Of a DNA stretch of 64,000 nt, positions 53,560 through 64,000 are shown in pieces. The stretch is taken from positions 88,598,001 through 88,662,000 of the forward strand of contig OZ024740.1 in the NCBI GenBank assembly GCA_964016885.1, written 5' to 3'. This stretch comes from Eledone cirrhosa (lineage: Eukaryota). Each line of letters begins with the position of its first letter. Within the stretch, counting starts at the first letter, position 1. The notes beneath the pieces are model-generated. The model saw only the letters and a list, made by a program, of their open reading frames with translations. It was not told the origin of the DNA and did not search any database. A program made the translations under genes and the position numbers.

Positions 53560-56427
53560 ATGGAATGCAAAACGGAGCTGGAAAAGTGTTTCACAAAAAT
53601 ACGTTGGAATGCAAAGGTAAACAACAACAACAATAATAACGGTAGTAGTAATATAAACAATAACTCTGGGTATAGAAATAACAGTCATAACCATAACAAT
53701 GGCAGGAAAGTGAGAAATAGTGATAATGGCAATAATACTAGCGATAGACAGAACAACAACAACCACAATAATAATAATAATAGAAACGTTAACCACAGAC
53801 ACAGCAACAGTGACCACAGTAGTAATAACGGTAACAATACGAACAACAACAACAACAATAACCACAGTGGTAATAATGGAAATAGTACATGTAGCAACAT
53901 CAACAAAAACAAGAAACATAATAATAGTAACAACCACAATGGTAGAAATAGCAGTAACAACAACAACAATAACGGTGAAGTAAACAACAATACATCTAGC
54001 AATCATAACAATAATAATATTAATGCTAATGATAGAAACAACAACAACCACCATGATAACAATAATAGCAACACACACAACTATGACGATAGAAATAACG
54101 ACAACGCCTTAGAGAAACTATTTTTCAACCCAGCTGACAAAACATATAAGATGGGTAATATCTATCCTACGAGGTTACCCTTTAATAAAAGAGTTTGCAT
54201 ACCACAGCAAATAGATGACGAGACGGAGGCACAGTTCACCATAGCTAGAAATAAGATTAGACAAGTAGTAGACAGGTACACTATGAGACAGAGCAGACCA
54301 GAGGCCCAACAACTTGGGATAAAACCTGTAGAAGGCTTGGTTAGCCTCAAGCAGCGCACAAGGGATGGTGAGGTAGTGTGTCTACCCACAGATAAGTCTG
54401 GTAGGATGTCAATAGATAGCATGCCGAACTACATCGAGGCAATGCAACCCCACATCACCAACACGAGCGAAGTTGCACAACTAACACACGATGGGAGAGA
54501 AAAAATCCTCAACGCTCACATGATGATGTGGACTGACATCCTAAAGCCAAGCAGACGCACTGCCAACAACTTCCAGGCGTCTAACAATGGCATACCACCC
54601 TTGTATGGGCTCCGCAAAGACCACAAGACAGTCGACGACCCGACAACAGGACCACCAACAAGACCCGTATGCGGAGCTAATATAGCTAGCAACTACAGGA
54701 TCTCCTACTTCCTCTCAATGGTTATACGCCCCATAATCAAGATGTCCCCAGATGTATGTGAAAGTACAGAGGACCTCCTCAGCAGAATCAGTGAGTGCAA
54801 CAAAAACAGGAGCCTATCCAACTGCATAATAGGCAGCATGGATGTGGTGTCACTGTACCCATCCATTAACATTGATTTTGCTGTGAAAAGATGTGTGGAG
54901 ATGATCATTGAGAGTGAGGTGGAGTTCTGCGACGTCGACACAGACGAACTGGGCCTCCTACTTAGACTTACCTACGACACTGACTACCTAGACAGCCATG
55001 ACATTAGATGTTTCTGCCCTAGTAGACCTATAAGAGGTAGACCCCCCACCATAACCTCAATGGCTAAAAAGACTCCCATAGGAAGGTGGATTGGGTGGAC
55101 CAAAGCTATACGGACCCCCCAAAACACTGATCAGGTAAGAAAAATGGTCGCACATGCAATAGGGGCTAGTATCAAAACTACCCTAAAGGGCCACATATTT
55201 AAGTTCAATGAGAAAATCTACACCCAAAATGAGGGAGCAGCCATCGGCGTCAGCATGGCTGGTGATGTTGCCAACCTTTTCATGGTATGGTGGGAAAGGA
55301 GACTTAAAGATCTCCTTAATGAAAGCTCCATAGACCTCATCATGTACTCTCGTTATGTAGACGATATCAATATAGTTATAAGAACACCCCCACTAGAGAG
55401 CACTAACAAGTTTGATTTAGAACGTAGCACGATGGAAAGCATCCAGCAGATAGCTAATTCCATACACCAGAGTATAACTGTAACTATAGACTTCCCTTCC
55501 AAACACCCTAACAATAGACTACCTGTATTAGACACAGAACTCTGGATTAACACTATAGACGAGAGAGCCCAAATTCTCCACTCACACTATGCTAAACCCA
55601 TGGCCTCCAAATACCTGATACTCAAAAACTCAGCAATGTCCAGTAGTGCTAAGTTTAATATTCTGATCGCAGATTTGGTACGAGTGATGAAGAATGTGTC
55701 CAGCATGTGCGACCCAACAGAAATGGAAGGACACATCCAACACTTCATCAACCGCATGCAGTTCTCTGGCTACAACCAAAGAGACAGAGTCAGAGTATAC
55801 GAAGGAGCCATGGAAAAGTATAAGACCCTCATAGAACTGGACATGAAAGGAATTTGCCCACTATACAGGAGCAAATCATGGAATAGCTTAGATAGGGCTA
55901 GACATAAGATAGGGAAGGCCACATCATGGTACGACAACCAGAGATATCAGTGTGTCATGTTTGTGGACGCCACCCCTGGAGGGAAATTAGCTAACCAGTG
56001 TAGAAAGGCCCTGAGAAAGACCCACTTAAAAATAAAGGTGGTAGAAAAGCCAGGAACCACCATAAAATCCCTGATCAGCAAAACCTACCCTTTTAAGAAA
56101 ACCCACTGTACTAATAGGAAATGTATCATATGTAAGGTGAACCCCCGGATAAACTGTAAAACTAGAAACGTAGTCTATAGCATAAGATGTACAGAGGGTA
56201 CTTGCAGAAACATGACAACAACATACATAGGTGAGACAGCTCGTAGCATAGGTGAAAGGATAGACCAACACTGGCGGGAACTAAAAGGACGAAAAAACGG
56301 GTCAGTACTATACGAACATGCTAGACAACAACATGACGGTAACATAGACAACATAGAAATTAGAATAATATCTAAACATAGGAATGACCCAGCAGATAGG
56401 CAAATCAGAGAGGCCAGTGAAATATAA
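53560..56427 (+). CDS. PLE polyprotein (RT + Cys linker + GIY-YIG), Nematis/Neptune-type, with an Asn-rich N-terminal insert; probable premature stop ~28 codons before the true end
   Basis: TDKSG, GLRKDHK, RPVCGA, SMDVVSLYPSI, QNEGAAIG, YSRYVDD, VLDTELW, CxxxxCxxC..C, VVY..YIGETARSIGERIDQH..H..H..REA; the reading frame continues ISRPKLNRKNEW after TAA, as in the paralog. Confidence 0.92.
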   Translation: MECKTELEKCFTKIRWNAKVNNNNNNNGSSNINNNSGYRNNSHNHNNGRKVRNSDNGNNTSDRQNNNNHNNNNNRNVNHRHSNSDHSSNNGNNTNNNNNNNHSGNNGNSTCSNINKNKKHNNSNNHNGRNSSNNNNNNGEVNNNTSSNHNNNNINANDRNNNNHHDNNNSNTHNYDDRNNDNALEKLFFNPADKTYKMGNIYPTRLPFNKRVCIPQQIDDETEAQFTIARNKIRQVVDRYTMRQSRPEAQQLGIKPVEGLVSLKQRTRDGEVVCLPTDKSGRMSIDSMPNYIEAMQPHITNTSEVAQLTHDGREKILNAHMMMWTDILKPSRRTANNFQASNNGIPPLYGLRKDHKTVDDPTTGPPTRPVCGANIASNYRISYFLSMVIRPIIKMSPDVCESTEDLLSRISECNKNRSLSNCIIGSMDVVSLYPSINIDFAVKRCVEMIIESEVEFCDVDTDELGLLLRLTYDTDYLDSHDIRCFCPSRPIRGRPPTITSMAKKTPIGRWIGWTKAIRTPQNTDQVRKMVAHAIGASIKTTLKGHIFKFNEKIYTQNEGAAIGVSMAGDVANLFMVWWERRLKDLLNESSIDLIMYSRYVDDINIVIRTPPLESTNKFDLERSTMESIQQIANSIHQSITVTIDFPSKHPNNRLPVLDTELWINTIDERAQILHSHYAKPMASKYLILKNSAMSSSAKFNILIADLVRVMKNVSSMCDPTEMEGHIQHFINRMQFSGYNQRDRVRVYEGAMEKYKTLIELDMKGICPLYRSKSWNSLDRARHKIGKATSWYDNQRYQCVMFVDATPGGKLANQCRKALRKTHLKIKVVEKPGTTIKSLISKTYPFKKTHCTNRKCIICKVNPRINCKTRNVVYSIRCTEGTCRNMTTTYIGETARSIGERIDQHWRELKGRKNGSVLYEHARQQHDGNIDNIEIRIISKHRNDPADRQIREASEI

Positions 56428-56774
56428 ATTAGCAGACCAAAGCTAAACAGAAAGAATGAGTGGAACAACAACAACACCCAAACAAACAACACTGACCTAA
56501 GAGAAGTATAAATAAGTAAATAAAATTAAATAAAATAAGATAAATAAATACATACACAAGCACATAAACACACACTAGTCACCCAGCAGACACAACACTA
56601 TACACACTAGTCACACATCACACATAACACTATACACACACGCAAACGCATGCGCAAAGAAGACAAAATAAAATAAGATAAACAAACAAGCAAATAAATA
56701 AATAAATATATAGACAGACTGAACAAAAAAAATGGCGTAGACATACAACACAACAGGAGGAACAATGAATATAA

Positions 56775-56825
56775 CACCACTGACGATGTTGCAGATGTGC
56801 AACGAAAGATTTATGTAAATTATGT
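56775..56825 (+). ncRNA. Hammerhead-like motif in PLE 3'UTR (helices I/III imperfect)
   Basis: CTGACGA t gttgca-gatg-tgcaac GAAA gattta.. Confidence 0.5.
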
Positions 56826-57084
56826 AAACTATATATATGTGTTTGTGTCTATATTGTATATGTATTATTTTTGACCGCCGGTCAGTCAATGGCAACACTG
56901 AGGACCGAGTAAGTTAGATCGCAGATATATATATATAAAAGACAGCGAGAAGCGAAAACCAACCAAACAGTGAGTGTGTTCTGTTATTAATTCTGGCAAT
57001 ATTACGCAAATATGACCCTCCCCAAATATAACAATATATATATATGTATATATACATATATAAACACACACATACACACACACT

Positions 57085-57119
<35 letters not shown>

Positions 57120-57836
57120 TCACACCTGCGTATGCACAAGGATATAGTTCTATATGAATATGAATATAAATTTATGCGTTGAATGTCATATTGTGGAACA
57201 TGATATTAAGCGCTGATAGAAGTCTTACAAAACTGAGAGATAGAGAGAACGTGAAAGTGTGTGTGAGGGTGCAAAGAAGAATAGAGACACAGAAAGTTAT
57301 ATTTTAGAGAAACCTGTAAAACATGCATAATCTCGACTAAACAATAACAGGGTAAGCTTGTGTTATGAAGGTGTGATAAAAGTGTATCCAAGAACGAAAA
57401 TCAATGTATTTCTTCATACGAAATAGAAAAAAAATTAATGAAATTGCATATAGAATTCAACGGCTTGTAGAATAAAGTATGCATTATTTAGGCTTATATG
57501 GTATCCATAAAAGTAGTTTATATAAAGGAGATTATTTTATCAAGCAACAACAGGAGCAGAGAAGCATCGATAATATTTAACATTAATAAGGTACATTAGA
57601 TGCACTTTCGTACGATGTGGAGTTGCGTTTTGTCAAATATCAAGCTATGCTATATTAACAAAGTCACACACACACACGCACACACACGCACACACACACA
57701 CACGCACACGCACACGCACACACGCACACGCACACACACACACACACACACGCACACACAAACAAACACACACACACACACATGCATATATACATATATA
57801 TATATATATAGTTCAAGGAAACGACAAACCAGAGAT

Positions 57837-57869
<33 letters not shown>

Positions 57870-57925
57870 TAATAAAAATAATGAATAAAAACAAAGAAAC
57901 AGTTCCTTATATTAAAAAAATTCAT

Positions 57926-58055
57926 CATTTTACGATCGTTTCTAGGATATATATGTGTGTGTTGGTATGTATATCATACAGATCTATGTAAAAATGTTAC
58001 AAACTATCAGAGGGAATATACATACCTACACATATATATGCTGTCATCAGAAATA
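57926..58055 (-). ncRNA. Type-I hammerhead ribozyme with ~100-nt helix II domain
   Basis: RC: tattt CTGATGA cagc-atatatatgtgt..acacatatatat-ccta GAAA cgatcg TA aaatg. Confidence 0.75.
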
Positions 58056-58257
58056 GTATATATATATATATATTGGTAAAAGGAAAAGAAAATGCTGACA
58101 AATTGTTCCCAGTGAAAAATAGTTTAATTAGGAATCAGTAAAAATTAGTAATAGTATTGGTTAGTATTCAGTTTTGGTTTTAAGTTTTACCGGTTGCGCA
58201 TTTCTAATGCTTTTCAAAAATAATTTTGAGATAGAGTGCCCGTGATGTTTGCTCTAA

Positions 58258-58310
<53 letters not shown>

Positions 58311-58780
58311 TACAAACAATCGGCCCCCAACGGCTGAGCTCTTGTCGTTTCAACAGCTAATTCCAGGTGATTAATATTCTCTACCACCTATTTTTCTGTA
58401 CAACCTTTTGCGACCGCTTCTACGTTTCTGAGTATGTATACGCAGAAATTTTTCTACACATTTGAACATCTCTCAACATTGGTCAGTTAAGGCACTCGCG
58501 CTCACTCAGATCTCGACACTCACATAGCCCCCGGCCCCGTCAAGGTACAACCCCACCCTTCACACATTTGCAGAACACACACACGTAAATATGTGTCCCT
58601 TCGAAATATACATGATTACCACTCTTTCTAAATCTCTCTAATAACCAGGTTATCCACTTTCCAGCATTTCCCCAAAATGCCTTACTGAAAAACACGTTTT
58701 TTCTCAAAGATTGTTTCTCCGTTCTTTCCTCTCCTCAGTTAATATCTTTCTATTTCATCTTTTATTTGTCAGTCTATCTC

Positions 58781-58808
58781 CTGATGAAAGATTAGTGTCT
58801 GAAACGTA
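58781..58808 (+). ncRNA. Decayed minimal hammerhead motif
   Basis: CTGATGA a aga-ttagtg-tct GAAACGTA; helix I does not form. Confidence 0.35.
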
Positions 58809-60119
58809 AAATCCTTTTTTTACTATATCGTTCGTTAAACTAATATATTTCTTCATCCTACTGTGTTGTTAGCTTTGTTGTATGTATACATTCACATACA
58901 TACGATTGGGCACACACGCAAATATATTTTTATTCATATTGTAAGAGGAAAATGTTTAACCCCGACGGCAGGTTCCTTACCACACTTCCTTCGTTTATAT
59001 TGTAAGAGCGATATTATTTGTCCCACGTGTCAATAAATCTAGTCGAACTTGGAACAAAAATACTACTCTGTTTTCCATATAGTAGGCAGCATTGTCAAAA
59101 TTGGAAAATCTTTGAACGTTGTTCTGCTCCAACATGGCTGATTTTCAACTAAAGAATAACAACTACAACAACGCCCAGTAGAATATTGCTCGTTGTTGGA
59201 CCACTCTGGTTTCCGACAAAGAACATTTCAGTTTCCCTAACAACAAAAGTACCCGCAGAATATTCCCCAAACAGGGACACTATTAACCCGGTTACCATAT
59301 CAATACAACGTGACATTGTGAGTAAAAAGTCTGGTCTTTTGAGTTACAGTTACAACTCATTTTTGCAGGCTGTTAACTTGAACAAAATGGATTAAAGTAT
59401 ATTTCTCCGACACAAGGATCTGTTGATACTGGAACTGATGACCTGACGATCATAAGCCGAACAGCGTAGCCACTATGTCCCGTGGCTTCTCATTCCACAG
59501 AATACTTGGTTTAATGATTATATATTTCGTGATCATTTTTGTTTATATTTTCTTTTTTTCTTTTAATAGTTTCAATAATTAGACTGCGGACATTTCTCTA
59601 ATTAAATGAAATTTTTAATTTCAAATTATAATTCAAATTTAAATTTTATTTCTGAGCTTCAAATTTTTGATTTTATTGTTAATAGAATTGTTTACGGTGG
59701 GTTTTGTCATGTTATCTGTTTGTAACTTGTTATTTTGTAAATTATATGGTGTGTCTCTGTTAATTTCGTTTCAATTTACTTTTTGTTTTTGTTACTGCAA
59801 CACACACACAGACACGCACACGCGCGCAAACACACACACACACACACATATATATATGTATAAATGTATATATATGTGTATATATGTATATACACACATA
59901 TATATATGTGTATATATATATATGTGTGTGTGTGTGTATGTGTGTTAGAAAAAGCAGGCAAGGCGTGAGTAGAAAAACATTTAATTACACATTCTAAAAC
60001 TTGTTTCAACGTCGAGTTACGTCACAAGGAGTTACGTCACTGTTTAGAGATATTAATTGCTCCAGTCACTCCCTTCCACTACATCGTTACTTTATATATC
60101 CTCAGAGAATAATAATAGA

Positions 60120-60325
60120 TGTGTGAGATGACTGCTGTGGTTAGTATCACAGCTTGAATCACGGTGGAAGGATATCCAGGCCGGATAAAACGAGAAGCCA
60201 TGCTTTGAGACTGGAATTTGAAATCATGGTCCTGGATGCAGAGCCGACAAAGACGGAGGAAATTGTAGTAGGGTATAGAGAGTTTTGTGTGGGTAGGGTG
60301 GGAGTAGGTCAAGTCGAGGTAGGAA
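60120..60325 (-). pseudogene. Neptune-type PLE RT thumb fragment
   Basis: YLDLTYSHPTHTKLSIPYYNFLRLCRLC..F..RF..GYP. Confidence 0.75.
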
Positions 60326-60757
60326 TATATATATATATACGCCATTTACTTCGCTGTATTGTCTGAAATATTAACAATATTCTAATAGCCACATTGAATC
60401 TACTGTATTATTTCTTACTTTCCACAGAAATGACTATCCTGCAATCTTTGGAAAAATTGTAAAAGAAAAATGTTCTCCCACGTTAAAGGTATATTCATTT
60501 ATTTCTGGTTGGCAGGATGTTGTGTCTTTAAACAGTAAACTTAATTCTCAATTGTTCATTCCACGCAGCTCTAAGTACGCCTCAGAATATAAATAACTAT
60601 TACAAGCTTGTTATTAAAACGGTAATAATACGCATTGTAAAGATATTGGATAAACGGTTCAACGTTATGGTATTTAAGAAAAATGCCTTTCAGGTTTCAT
60701 ATGCAGCAAGATTTAATTTTGTCTTTCACGCTTTTGCGGTAGACAATATTTATTCTT

Positions 60758-61056
60758 GAGTCAACATAATCAATTATATCAATCTACTAAATATACCCCA
60801 CATTGGTTATATTATAAATTAATATTTTCATAAGCACAATACATAAAACCAAGCATTACCTGTGGAAATACTACGGTTGTTCTGAAAATTGTTAGAAGTT
60901 GATAGAGGAGTCAATATAATCAACTATATCCCTCTTCTAAATCTGATTCACAGTGGTTTTATTAAAAGATAATATTTTCATAAGGGCATTATATAAAAAC
61001 TGACAGAACCCATGCAATTTCCACGATTATTTAGGAAATTGTTAGAAGTTGATAGA
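60758..61056. repeat. Two-copy diverged tandem duplication (~150 bp)
   Basis: GAGTCAA.ATAATCAA.TATATC..TAATATTTTCATAAG..AAATTGTTAGAAGTTGATAG occurs twice. Confidence 0.75.
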
Positions 61057-61517
61057 AAACCATGAAATACCTAATTTTGTTGAAATTGTATTTTTTCTGA
61101 AGTGTTTGATTATTGAGATAGTGTTCTTTTCACATATGTTTTACTGAAAGTGCAGTCTTAGGAGAGAACATCTTTGCAATCTATATTCTATATTATACAC
61201 TTGTCAACACGTCTCCCATGATGACTATTATGTATCATTTTTATCTTTACGCCAAGGAGTAAACAATCTTAGATCGAAATCGAAGACATAATTTATCTAC
61301 ATTATTATTCTCTTTCGTAATGCACTGGGTAATTGCTGGCCTTGTGCCAACAAGTAGAAACAATTATTATTCTCTTTCGGTACGTCGACATCGCTGAAGT
61401 GTGTACACATTCTAATCTGTTGTAGGTGTATATTCATTTCTATTAAAGAATAGTGTGTTTGGCTAGATAGGAATCCCTAGGAACGAAGTACAATTACTGC
61501 CTCATCGAAATGTGCTT

Positions 61518-61558
<41 letters not shown>

Positions 61559-62001
61559 GTGAGTTGGTCATAGGGTTATTTACTCCAGTAAATACCACTG
61601 CATGCCAACCACTAATTTAATTTGAAAGAAGATATAGAAGAACTTTTATGTGATTTTCCTTGGTTAGAATTATCTCTCTACATTCGAAGTAATAATTGAA
61701 GCATGACGAATATCTCAAAACGAGTATCAATAACAATTGGTATTTATTGTAGTGCGTGTTTTACAATTTGGTAATAAAACGTACCTTGTGACATGATAGA
61801 AGTGTAATCCTGAAATACAAGATAGGATTAGAAAAAGCTTAACATATTTGTGCTCGGTGTGGTCAGTTGGAGAGCCTGTTGCCAACGAGGGAGATTGCCC
61901 TTTTCTCTTTCTTTTTATAATACCTGGGACGGAAGTTCAAGGAAAGTTCTAGAAATTCTACGGGAAGTAACTCTAGCTACTTCCCTTTGTCTAGAGAGCG
62001 C

Positions 62002-62112
<111 letters not shown>

Positions 62113-62619
62113 CAATATTTGTTTCGACACACGATTTCATATAAAAAAAACCCAGCAAAACTAATATATATATATATATATATATATCAATGGGAATTTC
62201 ATGTTCGAATTTATATGCGTAAACTTTTCTATCCGCTAAATTGGGGTGATTGAAAAGGATAGTTTGTGTGGTTGAAAAGGATGATTTGACTCTGTTTTTA
62301 TTTATGCCACTATTATACATGTTGAGTGTGGGAAAGTTTTTTCTAGTAATTAAAAGATGGAGGATTAAACGAAATACATCTTACTGCCTATATTTCATTT
62401 AGTTAAATAATTGAATCATCGACCAATAAGACACTATAGTTTCGAGTATATAATTGCGGATTATTGACGTAATTATTATTATTATGATTTGAAACTTTAA
62501 GTTCTGCTTCTTTCCAAATCATGCCTAGTGTCAACCTGGCACCCGAGGCAAAATTTGATAATACACACCTTTTACAATCAATTGTCACACAAATGATGCC
62601 ACAAAGGCAAAAACAACAA

Positions 62620-64000
62620 TAAATGTCCTTGCAAAGTTTTTAAATTGATAATGCCTTTCTTGGGACATGGGCAGTACCAGTCAGCATTGTTTTCTGTACC
62701 TCTTGCAGCGATGCCTTTCCAGGTTTCCGGTCGAAATATTTTTCAGTACCTTCTTTTATCACTCCATGTGCACCGACTATCACTGATATTGTACAGGCCT
62801 TAGGATGTCACATTGTCTCAGTTTCAATTTGATATATCTTTATACTTACTAAGCTTCCCGAACTCTTTCGAGATGTTACAATCTCATGTCAATTACGAAA
62901 CATGTTTTCTCTTTATGTTCCTTCACAATTATATCAGGTCTGTTGGCCTTGGTTATTCTGTCACTATTCATAGGGAAGTCCCAGAGGACTGTCGCATTCT
63001 CGCCTCCTGTAACTGCATCTGAGTGATGGTTGTACCCTTTTCCCTCCGATTTCAGACCATACAAACTGCACATTCCCCAGTATAAGTATTGCCTCATTCT
63101 ATCATGACTCGATTTATATTCCTGGGTAGCTAAAGCTTGCAGCTTGAAACCAGGTGGTTTATCATCTTAACATGCTCATTAGAGACTCGAAAACATTTGG
63201 TCAGTTCCGTTTCTGACCACATTGGCTTGAAAGGTTGGGAGACATACGTCTTGTGGAGCCAAAATGAAGCCTTCAGTCTATGCATTTAGCCCACAACTCC
63301 GCGGCCACTGATGCGTAAGAACTTGCTCTATACCAGGTTCTGTGCTATGGAGAATTTACTGCCCATGCAGAGGTTCTGATCACATTTAGTGCACAGTCTC
63401 TGTTGACCTTCATATTTTGCCAACACTTTGATATTCTTTGCGACTTTGATTGCAGAATTGTCATTATTATTTTCAAACTGTATTCCAAGTTCTTACGCAA
63501 ACTTCTTACTTTCCTTTGTGACTGAATGTAACCTCTTTCTTGCTTCGTAAACAGCGACAATTTTCCTCATCTAGTCATCTTTTGTTTTACGGTACTGGTT
63601 GAGTCCAATGGTCGATATCCTGTATGAAAGCTCTAGCTGGATCATTCATCTACCCCCATTTTATCTAGAGGGAGAGAGGCGTTCCACATCTGCTTTTGGG
63701 TGATGCATTCTATTACAGGTTAAACATCCCCTGATGTTGGTGTCCATTCTCTTAATTACGTTAACGTCCCAATTTATGATATTAAAACTATAGGTGACAA
63801 CAGGGATTGCAAGTGCATTTATGGCAGATAATTAATTTCTCGAGTTAAGCTCTGTTTTCATTACAACACGTACTCTCCGGTAACAGTCCTTCCTGATTCT
63901 CTCTTTCATGCTAGTGTGGTGAATGCATTGGCCTTCATTGATCCCTAGATATCTGTAAGCTTGATCTTGTTCCAGTTCCATAATGACTGTCTTCACATCT
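62620..64000 (-). pseudogene. Decayed R4/Dong-type RLE LINE (RT C-terminus, RLE)
   Basis: YRYLG..INALAIPVVTYSF..HHPKADVERL..; VLWDFPMNSDRITKANRPDIIV..VIDM; runs off the window end. Confidence 0.85.

Noticed and set aside
53344-54078. Hydrophobic 244-aa minus-strand ORF
   Set aside because: Antisense shadow of the Asn-rich PLE region.
49369-56427. Selenocysteine-recoding (Naiad-like) PLE
   Set aside because: The endonuclease is C-terminal in both PLEs, and the disruptions are frameshifts or TAA/TAG stops rather than recurrent in-frame TGA.
52480-58262. Large TIR transposon enclosing the PLE
   Set aside because: The ~200-bp inverted copies are clearly diverged and of unequal extent, with no TSD; dispersed repeats explain them more simply.
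59010-59140. Possible first coding exon on the minus strand (GCCATG, MLEQNNVQRFSNF..)
   Set aside because: No clear splice donor, recognisable homology or partner exons.

Overview
AT-rich, repeat-saturated animal DNA, most likely cephalopod (Octopus-like), judging from the SINE types and the long (TA)n/(TATG)n tracts. I found no convincing host gene, and most ORFs in the track are microsatellite artefacts. The window holds decayed non-LTR retroelements (L1/Tx1, R4/Dong-type RLE, CR1, RTE) and tRNA-derived SINEs. It also holds several Penelope-like element (PLE) lineages, including a nearly intact 955-aa RT+GIY-YIG ORF. The main unannotated layer is about 16 hammerhead-ribozyme (HHR) motifs, folded by eye, in PLE pseudo-LTRs and in short non-coding fold-back elements at (TA)n. 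Four things stand out. (i) Two unrelated families use the rare U3:A8 core (UUGAnAA) with the same bulged helix II. (ii) Five unrelated HHRs share a C-Y mismatch at position 4 of helix II. (iii) Two non-coding, circularly permuted HHR monomers (~538 and ~593 nt) look like retrozymes. (iv) One fold-back element carries a 72-nt tRNA-like cloverleaf where the others carry an HHR. All folds and family calls were made by eye without database searches; many boundaries are approximate.
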